This document shows positions 17,915-28,470 of a stretch of 64,000 nucleotides of DNA, one piece after another. The position numbers were made by a program, and so were the translations under genes. How positions within the stretch are numbered: position 1 is the first letter of the stretch; each line of letters opens with the position of its first letter. The stretch is from positions 563,733-627,732 of the forward strand of contig CAWARO010000002.1 of NCBI GenBank assembly GCA_963784445.1, written 5' to 3'. Under the pieces are notes generated by a model, which made no database searches, was not told where the DNA came from, and saw nothing but the letters and a program-made list of their open reading frames with translations. This DNA is from an uncultured Acidimicrobiia bacterium. GTDB lineage: Bacteria > Acidobacteriota > Vicinamibacteria > Vicinamibacterales > UBA2999.

Positions 17915-18353
17915 ATGACTCGTGTAGTGGTGACCGCCCTGGCGCTGGTGGCTGTCACGGCATCCTCCGGTGCGCAAACGGCGCAGTACCCGAGCGCGCC
18001 TCTCGCCTGTCCCGCTCGATATCGCCATGCAATCGACGATTGCCGGGTCGGGATCGGCGACCGCGGCGCTCAAGGGCACGACGCTCACCATCAACGGCAC
18101 GTTCACCGGACTCAAGACGCCGGCCACCGCGGCGCGCCTGCATCGCGGGCCAAAAACCGCGATGCGTGGTCCGGCCATCGGCGATCTCACCGCCACGGCG
18201 GCGACCGACGGGACGATTAGCGGCTCGATCGAGCTCAGCGCCGCGCAGGCCGCCGATCTCGCGGCCGGCCGGCTCTATGTCATGTTGCACAGCGAGAAGG
18301 CGCCGGAGGGAAACCTCTGGGGCTGGCTGCTCGCATTCGAGGGGAAGAAATGA
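17915..18353 (+). CDS. CHRD-domain protein, frame broken between signal peptide and domain
   Basis: ATG 17915 encodes the signal peptide [21 protein letters not shown] in one frame. The CHRD-like body ([23 protein letters not shown]...[19 protein letters not shown]...[22 protein letters not shown]) is in another frame. The break lies within ~17970-18025. The stop overlaps the next gene's ATG (ATGA at 18350-18353). Confidence 0.65.
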
Positions 18354-20485
18354 AACGGCTTACATTTGCGATGGCGTGTCTGCTGGCGGCCGGCATCACC
18401 CTGAACACGTCTGCCCGCCAGGCTCCTGCGGGTGAACCGGCGTACACTGCGGCGCAGGCGGCGGCGGGGCAGGCCAGTTACCAGGCCAACTGCGCGAGTT
18501 GCCATCTTCCCGATCTCGTCGGACAGAATGAAGCGCCGCCGCTTCGCGGCCCCAACTTCATCCGCACGTGGGGCGGTCGCAGTACGCGCGATCTCGTCGA
18601 TTACATGGAGGCGACGATGCCACCGGGCCAACCGAGCCTGGGCACGCAGGTATATCAGAACATCGCGGCGTTTATCCTCCGCGCAAACGGGGCTGCCGCG
18701 GGCACGCAACCGTTGCGGCCCTCCGGCAGCGTGACGATCGGATCGATCGCCTCGGGTGCGCCGCCGGCAACGCCCACCGCCGGCGCCGCGGGTGGACCCG
18801 CGCCGCGTCCTGCCGGGCCGCCGCCATCGCGTGGCCACTCGGTACAAGGTGACGTGAAGAACTACGTGCCGGTTACCGATGCGATGTTGAAGAACCCGCC
18901 GCCAGGGGACTGGTTGATGGCGCGGCGTAATTACCAGGCGTGGAGCTACAGCCCACTCGAGGAGGTCACGCGATCGAACGTCAAGGACCTGAAGCTGGCG
19001 TGGAGCTGGTCGATGAATGAGGCCGGGGCCAACCAGCCGATGCCGCTCATTCACAACGGGGTCATGTATCTCGGCAACACCGGCAACATGATGCAGGCGC
19101 TCGACGCTGCGACCGGTGATCTGATTTGGGAAAACCAGGTCGGCCCCAACTCGATTCGCGGCTTCGGCGCGGTGCGCAACACCGCGATCTATGGCGATAA
19201 GGTCTTCATGGCCACCAACGACGGCCGCCTTGTGGCGTTCGATGCGCGCAACGGCAAGGTGGTGTGGGACGTCCATGTGGCCGCGCCCGCCAGCGGCTTC
19301 ACGAACTCGAGCGGCCCGATCGTGGCGCGCGGCAAGGTGATCCAGGGCCTGCACGGCTGCGATCGCTATCGTGAGAAAGAGCGGTGCTACATCAGCGCCT
19401 ACGACGCGAACACCGGCAAGCAGCTCTGGAAGTTTCACACCATCGCGCGCACCGGTGAACCCGGTGGCGACACCTGGGGAACGGTGCCCGACGGCGTGCG
19501 CGCCGGCGGCGACACCTGGATCGCCGGCAGCTACGATCCCGATCTCGACCTGACCTATTGGGGCATCGCGCAGGCCAAGCCGTGGATGCCGGTCAGCCGC
19601 GGCAACAAGGTCAGCGACGCCGCGCTCTACACTGCGTCAACCGTGGCCTTGCGCGTGGAGGACGGATCGCTGGCCTGGCACTTCCAGCACACGCCCGGTG
19701 AATCGCTCGATCTCGATGAAGTGTTCGAGAAAGTACTGGTCGACATCGGTCCGCAGCAGACCCTCTTCACGATCGGGAAGGCCGGCGTACTGTGGAAGCT
19801 CGAACGGAAGAGCGGCCGATTCCTCGGCCATACCCAGACGGTGTTCCAGAACGTCTTCGAGAAGATCGATCCCGAACGCGGCATTCCCACTTACCGCGAG
19901 GACATCGTCAACCAGAAGATGGACGAGTGGCTGACGGTGTGCCCGAGCACCGAAGGCGGCCACAACTGGCAGGCGATGACCTATCACCCGCCGACCCGGC
20001 AGTTGATCATCCCGCTCAGTCAGTCGTGCATGGAGATCGTGCCGCGCAAGGTGGAGTTTGCCGAAGGATCGGGCGGCACCGCGGCGGGCCGCCGCTTCTT
20101 CGAAATGCCCGGCAGCGATGGCAACGTTGGGAAACTCCTGGCCATCGACGTGACGAACATGAAAGAGATGTGGAGCCGCGATCAGCGGGCGCCGTACCTG
20201 ACGGCCGCGCTCAGCACCGCGGGCGGCGTGCTGTTCATCGGCGATCTCGATCGGCAATTCCGCGCGCTCGACGTGAAGACGGGCGAGGTGTTGTGGTCCT
20301 CTCGGCTCAACACCGCGGTTCAGGGTTTTCCGGTGACGTTCACCGCGAACGGCAAGCAATATGTTGCCGTGACGACGGGGAATGGCGGAGGCAGCCCGCG
20401 AGTGGTGCCGCGCACGATTGCGCCGGAGATCAATCCGCCCGCGAGCGGCCACATGCTGTACGTGTTCGAGTTGCCCAAGAAATAG
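18350..20485 (+). CDS. PQQ-type eight-bladed beta-propeller dehydrogenase-like protein with N-terminal c-type cytochrome domain
   Basis: A signal peptide precedes the heme motif NCASCH and a distal Met in EATMPPG. Repeated propeller signatures follow: [48 protein letters not shown]. Confidence 0.85.
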   Translation: MKRLTFAMACLLAAGITLNTSARQAPAGEPAYTAAQAAAGQASYQANCASCHLPDLVGQNEAPPLRGPNFIRTWGGRSTRDLVDYMEATMPPGQPSLGTQVYQNIAAFILRANGAAAGTQPLRPSGSVTIGSIASGAPPATPTAGAAGGPAPRPAGPPPSRGHSVQGDVKNYVPVTDAMLKNPPPGDWLMARRNYQAWSYSPLEEVTRSNVKDLKLAWSWSMNEAGANQPMPLIHNGVMYLGNTGNMMQALDAATGDLIWENQVGPNSIRGFGAVRNTAIYGDKVFMATNDGRLVAFDARNGKVVWDVHVAAPASGFTNSSGPIVARGKVIQGLHGCDRYREKERCYISAYDANTGKQLWKFHTIARTGEPGGDTWGTVPDGVRAGGDTWIAGSYDPDLDLTYWGIAQAKPWMPVSRGNKVSDAALYTASTVALRVEDGSLAWHFQHTPGESLDLDEVFEKVLVDIGPQQTLFTIGKAGVLWKLERKSGRFLGHTQTVFQNVFEKIDPERGIPTYREDIVNQKMDEWLTVCPSTEGGHNWQAMTYHPPTRQLIIPLSQSCMEIVPRKVEFAEGSGGTAAGRRFFEMPGSDGNVGKLLAIDVTNMKEMWSRDQRAPYLTAALSTAGGVLFIGDLDRQFRALDVKTGEVLWSSRLNTAVQGFPVTFTANGKQYVAVTTGNGGGSPRVVPRTIAPEINPPASGHMLYVFELPKK

Positions 20486-20494
20486 TTCCGAGGA

Positions 20495-20560
20495 CACGCT
20501 TCGACTCGTGTGCGCGAAGCTCCGCTTCGCCCCTCACTCGCTCAGGGCAGGCGGAGAAGG
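20495..20560. repeat. REP-like palindromic element, possibly related to the 5630-5748 unit
   Basis: The hairpin is acgcttcgactcgtgtgcgcgaagc, followed by ...cactcgctcagggcaggcgg. It shares gctcagggca(a/g)gc with the 24-nt unit. It sits just after the PQQ gene stop. Confidence 0.4.
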
Positions 20561-20711
20561 ACGGAGGACGGGGCTTCATTGTGCTCCAGCTCAGGCCTGT
20601 TTGATCGTTCTCACGATCGCCGGGCCATCGCGGGCGCACTGCGCCGGCTCCATGCCCTCTCCATTAGAACGACACAGCGCGCAGCCGGCGGAAAACCATG
20701 GAGGCCTGATC

Positions 20712-21512
20712 ATGGAGCCCCAAAAGAAATACTTACAGCACGACATCGTCAAGCAGCAGTACGACGAGGTACAGAGCGACGGGCGCTATGAGGAAGGCAT
20801 GGCAAGGATGGCCCTCTACCATCGTCATTGCCAGGATCCGGTGATTTTTGGAACGCTTGGGGATATTCGCGGCAAGTCACTGTTGGATGTGGCGTGCGGC
20901 GATGGCTTCTATACGCGGCGATTCAGAACCGAATGCGCCGCCAATCCCGTGATGGGGATCGACTTGTCCCCGAAGCAAATCGAGCGGGCGGAGGAGATCG
21001 AACAGCGCGACCAACTGGGCATCGAGTACCGAGTCGGCGACGTCATGTCCCTCGAGCTGGAACGCCGATTCGACGTCGTGACGGCGATTCATCTGCTGCA
21101 TTATCTCGAGAGTGCGGCGGAAATAGAATCGGCGTTGAGAAGGGTTCACGAGACGCTCCCTGAGGGCGGCCAGTTTGTCACGATGATTGCCAACCCCGAG
21201 TTCGATCTGGACAAGCACGATCCATTGGATTCCAGGACGAAGTTTGGTTACTACTTTTCAGTGGCGGAACCCGGCAATGGAGGCCTGCTGCGATTCCATC
21301 CCGGCGGATTTGAGAAGGAGCGAGAGCTGACCGTGGAGTTTCGACGCTGGGAGCGTGGCTTCCTCAACGGCATTGCAGGCGCCGTGGGCTTCAGTTCGGA
21401 CTGGCGAGACCCGTTCGTTAGTTCCGAGGGACTGAAGGAATATGGAGCCAGGTTTTTCGAGAATTATCTGGCGAATCCCCAAAGCAAGCTTCTGCGCCTG
21501 ACCAAGAGGTAG
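20712..21512 (+). CDS. Class I SAM-dependent methyltransferase
   Basis: GGAGG lies 7 nt before ATG 20712. Motif I is LLDVACGDGFYT, followed by an acidic post-I residue in GIDLS and by VVTAIHLLHY. Codon usage differs from the neighbours (aga, agg, ata, tta are used). Confidence 0.85.
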   Translation: MEPQKKYLQHDIVKQQYDEVQSDGRYEEGMARMALYHRHCQDPVIFGTLGDIRGKSLLDVACGDGFYTRRFRTECAANPVMGIDLSPKQIERAEEIEQRDQLGIEYRVGDVMSLELERRFDVVTAIHLLHYLESAAEIESALRRVHETLPEGGQFVTMIANPEFDLDKHDPLDSRTKFGYYFSVAEPGNGGLLRFHPGGFEKERELTVEFRRWERGFLNGIAGAVGFSSDWRDPFVSSEGLKEYGARFFENYLANPQSKLLRLTKR

Positions 21513-21544
21513 GGCCATCTGACACCAGATCGATGGAGGTAACA

Positions 21545-21736
21545 ATGGCGGAAAACGAAGGAGGCGTGAAGCGCATAGTCACCGCGCCGAGCAGCACAGG
21601 TGCAATGGGTAGAGGTGAGGTGCTCAGCGTCAAACTTGCACCGGACGAGGACGTGGAGTGGGTGTGGAGCCACGACCCAGATCGTGGCAGCGTGGTCACG
21701 GGGTATCGGATAGTGCCGCGGCGAACGGAGCCCTAG
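21545..21736 (+). CDS. Hypothetical small protein (63 aa)
   Basis: GGAGG lies 7 nt upstream of ATG 21545, and the gene starts 33 nt after the methyltransferase stop. No motif was recognised. Confidence 0.45.
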   Translation: MAENEGGVKRIVTAPSSTGAMGRGEVLSVKLAPDEDVEWVWSHDPDRGSVVTGYRIVPRRTEP

Positions 21737-21942
21737 TTTGCACACGTGCGTTGGGAGACGAAACGAGCGAGACAGGAGCGAGCAGCGATAGCGAGAACGT
21801 TGTCATTCATCGGTGTGTTGCTTGTGGCAAGGCTTCCACAGGGCTCATCATCGACAAAGCCCGCCGAGCCAACGCCATGCCCAATCCAACTCGCCGACTG
21901 ATTACGACCACCTTGGTTACCCTCGCACCGGGAGAGTGACGG

Positions 21943-22824
21943 TTGCCCCAGTTCACCAAGCGATTCCGGTTGGTAGTCCTCCTCGGACTGGCGAGTATTG
22001 TGGCGCTGGTGTTCGTCGGCAGGTGGCTGAACGCGACAAAGCGAGGCGGGCAGGGGCCCGCCGAACCGTTCCGCATCGCCGGCAACCTGTACTACGTTGG
22101 CGCGACGGATGCCGCGGCCTTCCTCATCACCGGGCCCGACGGCCACATCGTGCTCGATGGCGGCTATCCCACCACCGCACCGATGATCATCGCGAGCATT
22201 GCGAAGCTCGGCTTCAGCATCAAGGATGTCAGAGTGCTCCTGAACTCAGAGCCTCATCCCGACCATGCCGGCGGGCTGGCAGTGCTCCAGCAGGCGTCTG
22301 GCGCCGAACTGTGGGCGAGCGAAGCGAGTGCCTATACCCTCACCTCCGGTGGCGACGACCCCGACGCGATCCTGCCGCTCAGAGCCCTTGTCCGGATCGG
22401 GGTCGTCGGGTACCCGGCCATGCGGGTCGACCACCGGTTCAAGGACGGCGACACAATCCGCCTCGGGCCGCTCGCACTCACCGCGCACATCACCGGCGGG
22501 CACACGCGTGGATGCACCTCATGGTCGTTCCACGTTCGTGACGGTGATCGCGTGCTGAACGTCGTGAGCGCGTGCGACTTGGGGCGGTTGGCCACATCGC
22601 AGTATCCAGAGCAAGAGGCCGACCTCGAGCGCAGCTTCAGAGTGCTCCGAGACCTCCCCGTTGACATCTGGGTGACGTGCCATGCGAGATGGTGGGGCAG
22701 ATATCGCAAATTCGTCGCCAGCGCTGCTGCGAAGGACGCAGTGGAACCGTTCATCGACCCTAAGGGGTACCATGCCTACATCGACGCTGCCGAGGCGGAA
22801 CTCCGCAGCGGACGCCTGCACTAA
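21943..22824 (+). CDS. Subclass B3-like metallo-beta-lactamase-fold hydrolase (E-x-H-x-D-H variant)
   Basis: TTG 21943 follows GGAGAG. After an N-terminal TM anchor come FRIAGNLYYVG, LLNSEPHPDHAGG (site 1/2 motif with Glu where His/Gln is usual), ITGGHTRGCTSW and VTCHARWW. Confidence 0.8.
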   Translation: MPQFTKRFRLVVLLGLASIVALVFVGRWLNATKRGGQGPAEPFRIAGNLYYVGATDAAAFLITGPDGHIVLDGGYPTTAPMIIASIAKLGFSIKDVRVLLNSEPHPDHAGGLAVLQQASGAELWASEASAYTLTSGGDDPDAILPLRALVRIGVVGYPAMRVDHRFKDGDTIRLGPLALTAHITGGHTRGCTSWSFHVRDGDRVLNVVSACDLGRLATSQYPEQEADLERSFRVLRDLPVDIWVTCHARWWGRYRKFVASAAAKDAVEPFIDPKGYHAYIDAAEAELRSGRLH

Positions 22825-22964
22825 GTTAAGCCTGTGGCAAGTCCGCGACGCCGAGCGCTTCGCGAACTATTTTCTCGACCGTCCCGGCTTCGTGTATCTG
22901 ATCAACAAGCGTCAGCTAAACTCAGTCGCCGAGCTGCGCAATAGGCTTCATCTTACCGTCTGAC

Positions 22965-22994
22965 GAGTGGGGCACCCTCGAGGGCGCCCCACTC
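22965..22994. terminator. Near-perfect 30-nt palindrome between convergent genes (bidirectional terminator candidate)
   Basis: gagtggggcaccctc|gagggcgccccactc forms a 15-bp stem with one mismatch. It lies between the MBL stop (22824) and the TonB-receptor stop (23006). Confidence 0.55.
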
Positions 22995-23005
22995 ATGACT
23001 GTTCG

Positions 23006-25874
23006 CTAGAAGCGATACCTCGCACTCAACCGGAAGATGCGCGGCGCCGGAATCGGATTCGCCGACGCGGCATCGATGCCGCCGGTCGCCAGCGGCTTCA
23101 GGTAGTTCGGCCCGTTGGTCGTCACCACGCGCAGCACGACGCTGGAGTTGGTGGCGTTGAACAGATCGAACATCCCTTCGAACGAGTGCTTGCCGAATCT
23201 GAACGTCTTGGCCACCCGCAGGTCGACCAGCTTCACCCAGTCGTACCGTCCGGCCTGGCCTTCGGCCACCACATCTACGAGTTGATTGAGCGCGTCGCGC
23301 ACCTGCACGATGCGCGGGAAGTACTCACCTTGCTGGCCGGTGAACGTCGACGCCACCATGATCTGCCACGGCAGCTCGTAGGTGCCGCTCAATCTGACAC
23401 CCTGGTAGGTCTGCGGTAACTCCGGCGGAAAGTTTCCGGAGATCGTGCCGTTGCTCGACACCGCGCGGTACTTCGCCTCATTCGGATTTCGCGCGTCGAT
23501 GTTGCGAACGTCGCGGCGATCGATCGAATAGGACGCGAGCAGCGACCAGCCGTTCGAATAGTGCTTGCTGGCGGTCGCTTCGAAGGCGGTGTAGCTATCT
23601 TCACCCTCGCCCGGCCCGGTGTTCGTCTGGAGGCGGTTGACCTGGCCGAACGTCGGATAGGTCCGCGGCACCGACCATACTTCCAGCACGCCATCGTCAG
23701 CGGTACCGACCTGGTTGTCGCGGCCCGGATCGACGGCGGTGCGGAAATCGGTATAGGCCTCGAACGGCATCGCGAGGTCGAGTTCCTTGTTGCCGCCCCA
23801 ATCGTGCTTGCGCACGACGTTCAGCCGCAGTGTGAGATCGCGCGTGAATCCGAGATCGACACCGCCGGTGAATTCGTCCATACCCTCGGCTTTGAGATTC
23901 GGATCGAGCGTCCGAGTGCCGGTGCCGCCGCCGGTGACCGATTGGAGGTCGGCGGGATTCGGCGTGTACGGAATGGTGCCGTTCCAGCGGTAGGTGCTGG
24001 TCCGGGTGGCCGCGGGGTTCACGCTCGCGGCCACCGGTCCGCTGGCCGCGGTCACACCAGAGCCCGACGCGGCGTAGCGGCCATAGCTCGCTTTGATCGC
24101 GGTGCGGCCATTGCCGAACATGTCGTAGATCAGCGAGAGGCGCGGCGACCACGCGTTATAGGCGGGGAAGCTATGGTTCTCCGGATAGATGTTCTCCACG
24201 GAGTACGGCCCGGTGCCGGGATTGCCCTGTGCCGGCAGCCACGACGAGTAGCGATCGAACCGGACGCCCGCATTCAGCGTCAGGCGATGCGTCAGGTTGA
24301 CCATGTCGTTGACGAACCACGAATTGAAGTTCACGCCGGCATCGGTGTCGTTCGGATAATCGAACACCTGCACCGAGTCGGGCCGCTGGAAGAAATCGGT
24401 GTCGCCAGGCAGGCTCCGATACCGATAGATCTGCTGGTTTGGGTAACCGTACGTTTCCACGTGGTTGGTGCTGCGTGTAGCCGAGGAACCCGGACTTGAT
24501 TTCGTGGTTCATGTTTTTCAAGTTCGTGAACCAGCTATAGGTGCCGTTGTAGCCCCATCGCACCGGATCGCGACGCAGTTCGAGGAATGCGCCGCGCGTG
24601 TGAGTGGTGGTGAGGTCGGTCCGCCGGTTATCGTCGGTGTGCGCATAATCCGGCCACCAGTAGCCCGATCGGTTGAAGCTCGCATCGAAGGTCATGGTCT
24701 GGCTCAGGATGTGCGTCCATTTCAGTGCTGGACCGATCGCCGTCCAGGCGATCTGATTTTGCGTGGCTTCCATCGGCAGGAACTCACTCGCGTTGCGGTA
24801 CGGCTGCCACTTGCGGTTGTACTGCTGCGACAGCTCGAACTTGTTGTTCTGATTCATCTGGTAAGTGAGCTTGATCGTCGGGTTGTCGAGGCGCGTGAAG
24901 TATTCGACCTGCTCGCCGGTTTCCTCGGAAATGAAGCCGGGGATGAAGAGGCCGGAATAGTTGTGGCCATACGCGCCGTAGAACCACAACTTGCCGCGAA
25001 TGATCGGACCGCCAAGGTCGGCGCTGAAATCGTTGTAGCGCGTGAACTTGTTATTGCCGGGCGAATAGCCCTGATCGCGGAGCTCCGGGGTCACGTTGTC
25101 GCCCTGGAAGGCGCCGTCCTGCCATGCCGCCAGGTACATCCCGCTGAACTGATCGCCGCCCGATTTGATCACGAAGCTGAGTGTCACGCCGGGGCTCTGC
25201 GCTTCGGCGCCTTTCGCCGCTGCCGACACCTGGATCTGCTCATACGTGTTGTAGTCGCCGAAGAACTGGTCCCACACCACGCCGTCGAACTTGATGAGCT
25301 CCTGGCCGGTGCGGCCGTAGCTGCGCGCGCCGGTGGTCGTGGATCCGCCGACCGTGTTGCCGCCGACGTCGAACTGGGTCGGCGACAGACCAGGGACAAG
25401 GCGGGCCAGCCCGCGAACGCCGCGGCCATACGGCAAGTCGTCCATCTGCTTCTCGTCCCAGTTGACGCCGACGCTGGTCGACTGGAGATCGATCACCGGC
25501 GTGTCGCTGATGACGGTGACTTCCTCGGCAAGTGCGTCAATCGATAGCGGGCCGTTGATGGTCATCGTCGCGCCGGTATCGACGCGGACGCCCTCGATGT
25601 TCAGCGTCTTGAATCCCGAGAGCTTGAAGCTGACGCGGTACTCGCCGGCGGCGAGCTGCGTGAATCGGTAGACGCCCTGCTCATCCGTGAAGGACGTCCG
25701 CGCACCACCGATCATCGCGGGGCTGGTGATCGTGACTTCGACGCCTGGGAGCACGCCGCTGCTCGAATCAAGAGCGCGCCCGGTGATGGTGCCCGTCACA
25801 GTTTGCGGGAAGGCCGGTGCCGCGCACGCCAGCGCGATCACAGCAATTCCCGCTCGAACGAAAGCCAAACGCAT
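23006..25874 (-). CDS. TonB-dependent-receptor-like protein with CarboxypepD_reg domain, frame broken near 24462-24470
   Basis: ATG 25874 lies 7 nt after GGGAGG and gives the signal peptide MRLAFVRAGIAVIALACAAPAFPQ. TGRALDSSSGVLPGVEVTITS...DEQGVYRFTQLAAGEYRVSFKLSGF follows. ORF 1 ends ...NHEIKSGFLGYTQHQ, and ORF 2 continues as VETYGYPNQQIYRY... and ends in the aromatic ...LSARYRF. Confidence 0.8.
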
Positions 25875-26065
25875 AGGAAGACCTCCCGATCCTGTTGGAA
25901 GAGCCGTCAATCCGAAGCCGTAGTAGCACCCGCACTGCGCGATGTCAACGACACCACGCGCGGGCTGACTAAGGAGTACGTTCAGGTCTCATCACGAGCG
26001 CCCGAGGGAACTCTGGCGCAAATCGAAGTGACGGATTATTCTTACGCGGACGTGCACCGGCTCCG

Positions 26066-26440
26066 ATGAATTCGACCATCTCTCGATCGCCGTCGCGAGT
26101 GCCCACCTCCCTCGAGAGTTGGACGGGGTACGACTGGCGCCACGGGGTTCTCCTTCCGCGCCTCGGTCAGTACGACCAGCTCATCGTTCGCACTCGGAAC
26201 AGCACCTACGAGATCGTCGTCATCGAGCCTGAAACGGCAACGGTCATGGTTCGCGGCGGGAGCTTCTTTCCAGAATTCAGCCGGGCGCGCGTGGCCGGCA
26301 GCTCGCTCGGCGGCGGCCTCCTCAAGCTCCACGGTGTTTACGCCGGGTTCCAGATGGAACTCGTGGCCGGCGAGAGGATCCTGACTACGTGCGTGCGCAC
26401 GGTTTCAGTCCTGAAGGCGGGAATCGGCACCGTCATGTAA
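26066..26440 (+). CDS. Hypothetical protein (124 aa)
   Basis: The ORF has strong GC3 bias consistent with coding and is beta-rich (STYEIVVIEPETATVMVRGG...). No family was recognised. Confidence 0.55.
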   Translation: MNSTISRSPSRVPTSLESWTGYDWRHGVLLPRLGQYDQLIVRTRNSTYEIVVIEPETATVMVRGGSFFPEFSRARVAGSSLGGGLLKLHGVYAGFQMELVAGERILTTCVRTVSVLKAGIGTVM

Positions 26441-26494
26441 GCGGCGGCCGCTCTACTTTCGGGGGCTCTTCCGGGGCGAATACGCCCGCTGAGG

Positions 26495-27889
26495 TCAAGA
26501 ACGCCAGTACCGCGCGGCCACGCCGGCTGCCAGCCACACCACGGCCACCGCATGCGCGACGGGACGCGCCTCGGCGATCACCCATACGGTGACGATGGCG
26601 CCGAGTATCGGCACCACGTAATGTGCGGGCCGAACGGCATCGCGCTTTTGCCACGCGAAGTATCCAAGCACCGACGCATGAAGCAGCGTGAACGCCGCCA
26701 GCGCTCCGACGTCCACGATCGACACGAGCACGTCGAGGCCGTCGGTCCGGCGCGCAGCCCAGACTGAAACCACCATTGTGAGCGCTGCCGCGGTAACGAG
26801 CGCCGTGCGCGGCACGCCGTGTTGGGCATCGACGGATGCCAGCGCGCGGGGCAGGCGGCCGTCACGGGCCATGCCGAATAACAGGCGCGCCGCTGCCGCC
26901 TGCGCGGTCATCGCCGCGAAGGCAGGACCCACCGCCTTGGTGATCGACAACACGATCGCCAGCCACGGCCCGAGCGCGGCCCGGGTGATGTCGTAGAACG
27001 CGGTGCCCTGCCGCTCCGGCCGTGCGGCGAGCTCGCCGGGATCGACGGGGCTGACGAGCGCGGCAAGCCACGTCTGCAGGATGAACACCGTGCCGGCGGC
27101 CACGAGGCACACCAGGATCGCGCGGCCCACATCGCGCTCAGAGCCGGCGCTTTCCTCCGCGAAACTGGCGATGGCGTCGAAACCGAGGAACGACAACACG
27201 GCCACCGAGACGGCGCCGATGATCGGCGCGAGCGCGAACGGACCGAGGCCGGTCAAGGGTGACAACCACGGCCGCGCCGGCCCGGTCGTGGCGAGCGCTG
27301 ATGCGGCCACGGCCACGAACACGAGTAACACCACGATCTCCACGACGAGCACGACAAGGCCCACACGCGCGGCCAGGCGGACCCCCGACAAGTTCAACGC
27401 CGTGGTGATCGCAAAGGCGCCGATGGTGAAGACCCAGACCGGCACGGCGGGAACGAGCGCGTGAAGTGAAATGCCGGAAAACAGGTACGCGACCGAGGGA
27501 ATCAGCAGGTAATCGAGCATCGCCAGCCAGCCGGCGAGAAATCCCGGCATGGATCCCAGTGCCGTGGACGCGTAGGCGAACACGGAACCGGCGTGCGGCA
27601 CCACGCGCGACATTTCGGCATACGACCACGCGGTGAAAGCCATGGCGATAGTCGCCACCACGTAGACCAGCGCCACGGCGCCATCGGTGCGCGCGTCGAG
27701 GACGCCGAAGACGCCGACCGGCGCGAGGGGGCCGATGAATAACAAGCCGTAAACGATCAGATCGCGGAGGGTGAGCGTCCGGCGCAGGGCGGGGCTGGCC
27801 ACGGGGCTATGGTAGCGCCGCCGTGTTCGCGTTACGGCGTGGGTGGCTGCCGTTCCGGCTTTGTCTTCCCCTGATGGCACATGAAGCAC
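26495..27889 (-). CDS. APC-superfamily amino acid/polyamine permease
   Basis: About 12 hydrophobic helices, with an N-terminal LTLRDLIVYGLLFIGPLAPVGVFG block. The ORF-track start overlaps the upstream cytochrome gene by 58 nt. An in-frame GTG at 27802 (VASPALRR...) is a plausible true start. Confidence 0.85.
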   Translation of the reverse strand: MLHVPSGEDKAGTAATHAVTRTRRRYHSPVASPALRRTLTLRDLIVYGLLFIGPLAPVGVFGVLDARTDGAVALVYVVATIAMAFTAWSYAEMSRVVPHAGSVFAYASTALGSMPGFLAGWLAMLDYLLIPSVAYLFSGISLHALVPAVPVWVFTIGAFAITTALNLSGVRLAARVGLVVLVVEIVVLLVFVAVAASALATTGPARPWLSPLTGLGPFALAPIIGAVSVAVLSFLGFDAIASFAEESAGSERDVGRAILVCLVAAGTVFILQTWLAALVSPVDPGELAARPERQGTAFYDITRAALGPWLAIVLSITKAVGPAFAAMTAQAAAARLLFGMARDGRLPRALASVDAQHGVPRTALVTAAALTMVVSVWAARRTDGLDVLVSIVDVGALAAFTLLHASVLGYFAWQKRDAVRPAHYVVPILGAIVTVWVIAEARPVAHAVAVVWLAAGVAARYWRS

Positions 27890-28470
27890 TGCGTGGTCGG
27901 TGCGCGCTGTGCCTTGTCGAAATGCTTTGGAATCTCCTCGAAGATCGGCAGCATCTTCGCGACCATCCCTTTCGGAGCTCTCGTATTCAACTTTCGATCG
28001 GTGTCATGACAATGCGAGCAATCCACGCCGAGCGATGCGGCGTAGACGCTCATCGCGATCGCACGATTCGGACTTTCGAACTCGGCGGCATGGTCGGCGC
28101 GGATTTTCTCCCAGGCTTCGCGAGGGAGGCGCGCGGGGATCGATTGGCCGCGATGACAGGTCCAGCAGCTGATCTCGGCAACGTCTTTCAACGGGCCCGC
28201 GTTGAGTGCCGCCAGCATCCGGTTCATCCGCTGCGCGAACGCGAACGCCGGTTTTGATGCGTCAGTCCAGTTGTCCGGGACATGGCAGTGGACACAGTCA
28301 ACGCCGAGCGCCTTCGACCACGCCTTCATTTGTGCGTCCACGCTGGTTTGCGCGGACGACTGGGCTGCAGTCGCCAGCACACACGCAAGCACGACGAACG
28401 CCAGTCTCATTGCGCGTTTATTGTGGGTCAGGGTCTGCGAAACGCCAACGTTTCGTCCCACCTGTTTCAT
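27832..28470 (-). CDS. Tetraheme c-type cytochrome (photosynthetic-reaction-centre cytochrome-subunit-like)
   Basis: There are four CXXCH motifs: CVHCH, CWTCH, CSHCH, CFMCH. The signal peptide is MRLAFVVLACVLATAAQSSAQ. ATG 28470 overlaps the upstream gene's stop (ATGA); a second candidate start is ATG 28410. Confidence 0.8.
   Translation of the reverse strand: MKQVGRNVGVSQTLTHNKRAMRLAFVVLACVLATAAQSSAQTSVDAQMKAWSKALGVDCVHCHVPDNWTDASKPAFAFAQRMNRMLAALNAGPLKDVAEISCWTCHRGQSIPARLPREAWEKIRADHAAEFESPNRAIAMSVYAASLGVDCSHCHDTDRKLNTRAPKGMVAKMLPIFEEIPKHFDKAQRAPTTQCFMCHQGKTKPERQPPTP

Noticed and set aside
21658-21939. 93-aa ORF between the small ORF and the MBL gene
   Set aside because: It overlaps the 63-aa ORF, has no RBS and has a composition unlike the neighbours. 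The region is more likely an intergenic leader of the MBL gene.
22830-22963. Open frame after the MBL gene encoding ...RFANYFLDRPGFVYLINKRQLNSVAELRNRLHLTV
   Set aside because: It has no ATG, GTG or TTG start or RBS within the segment and is only ~45 codons long. It could be a gene remnant, but I cannot support a call.
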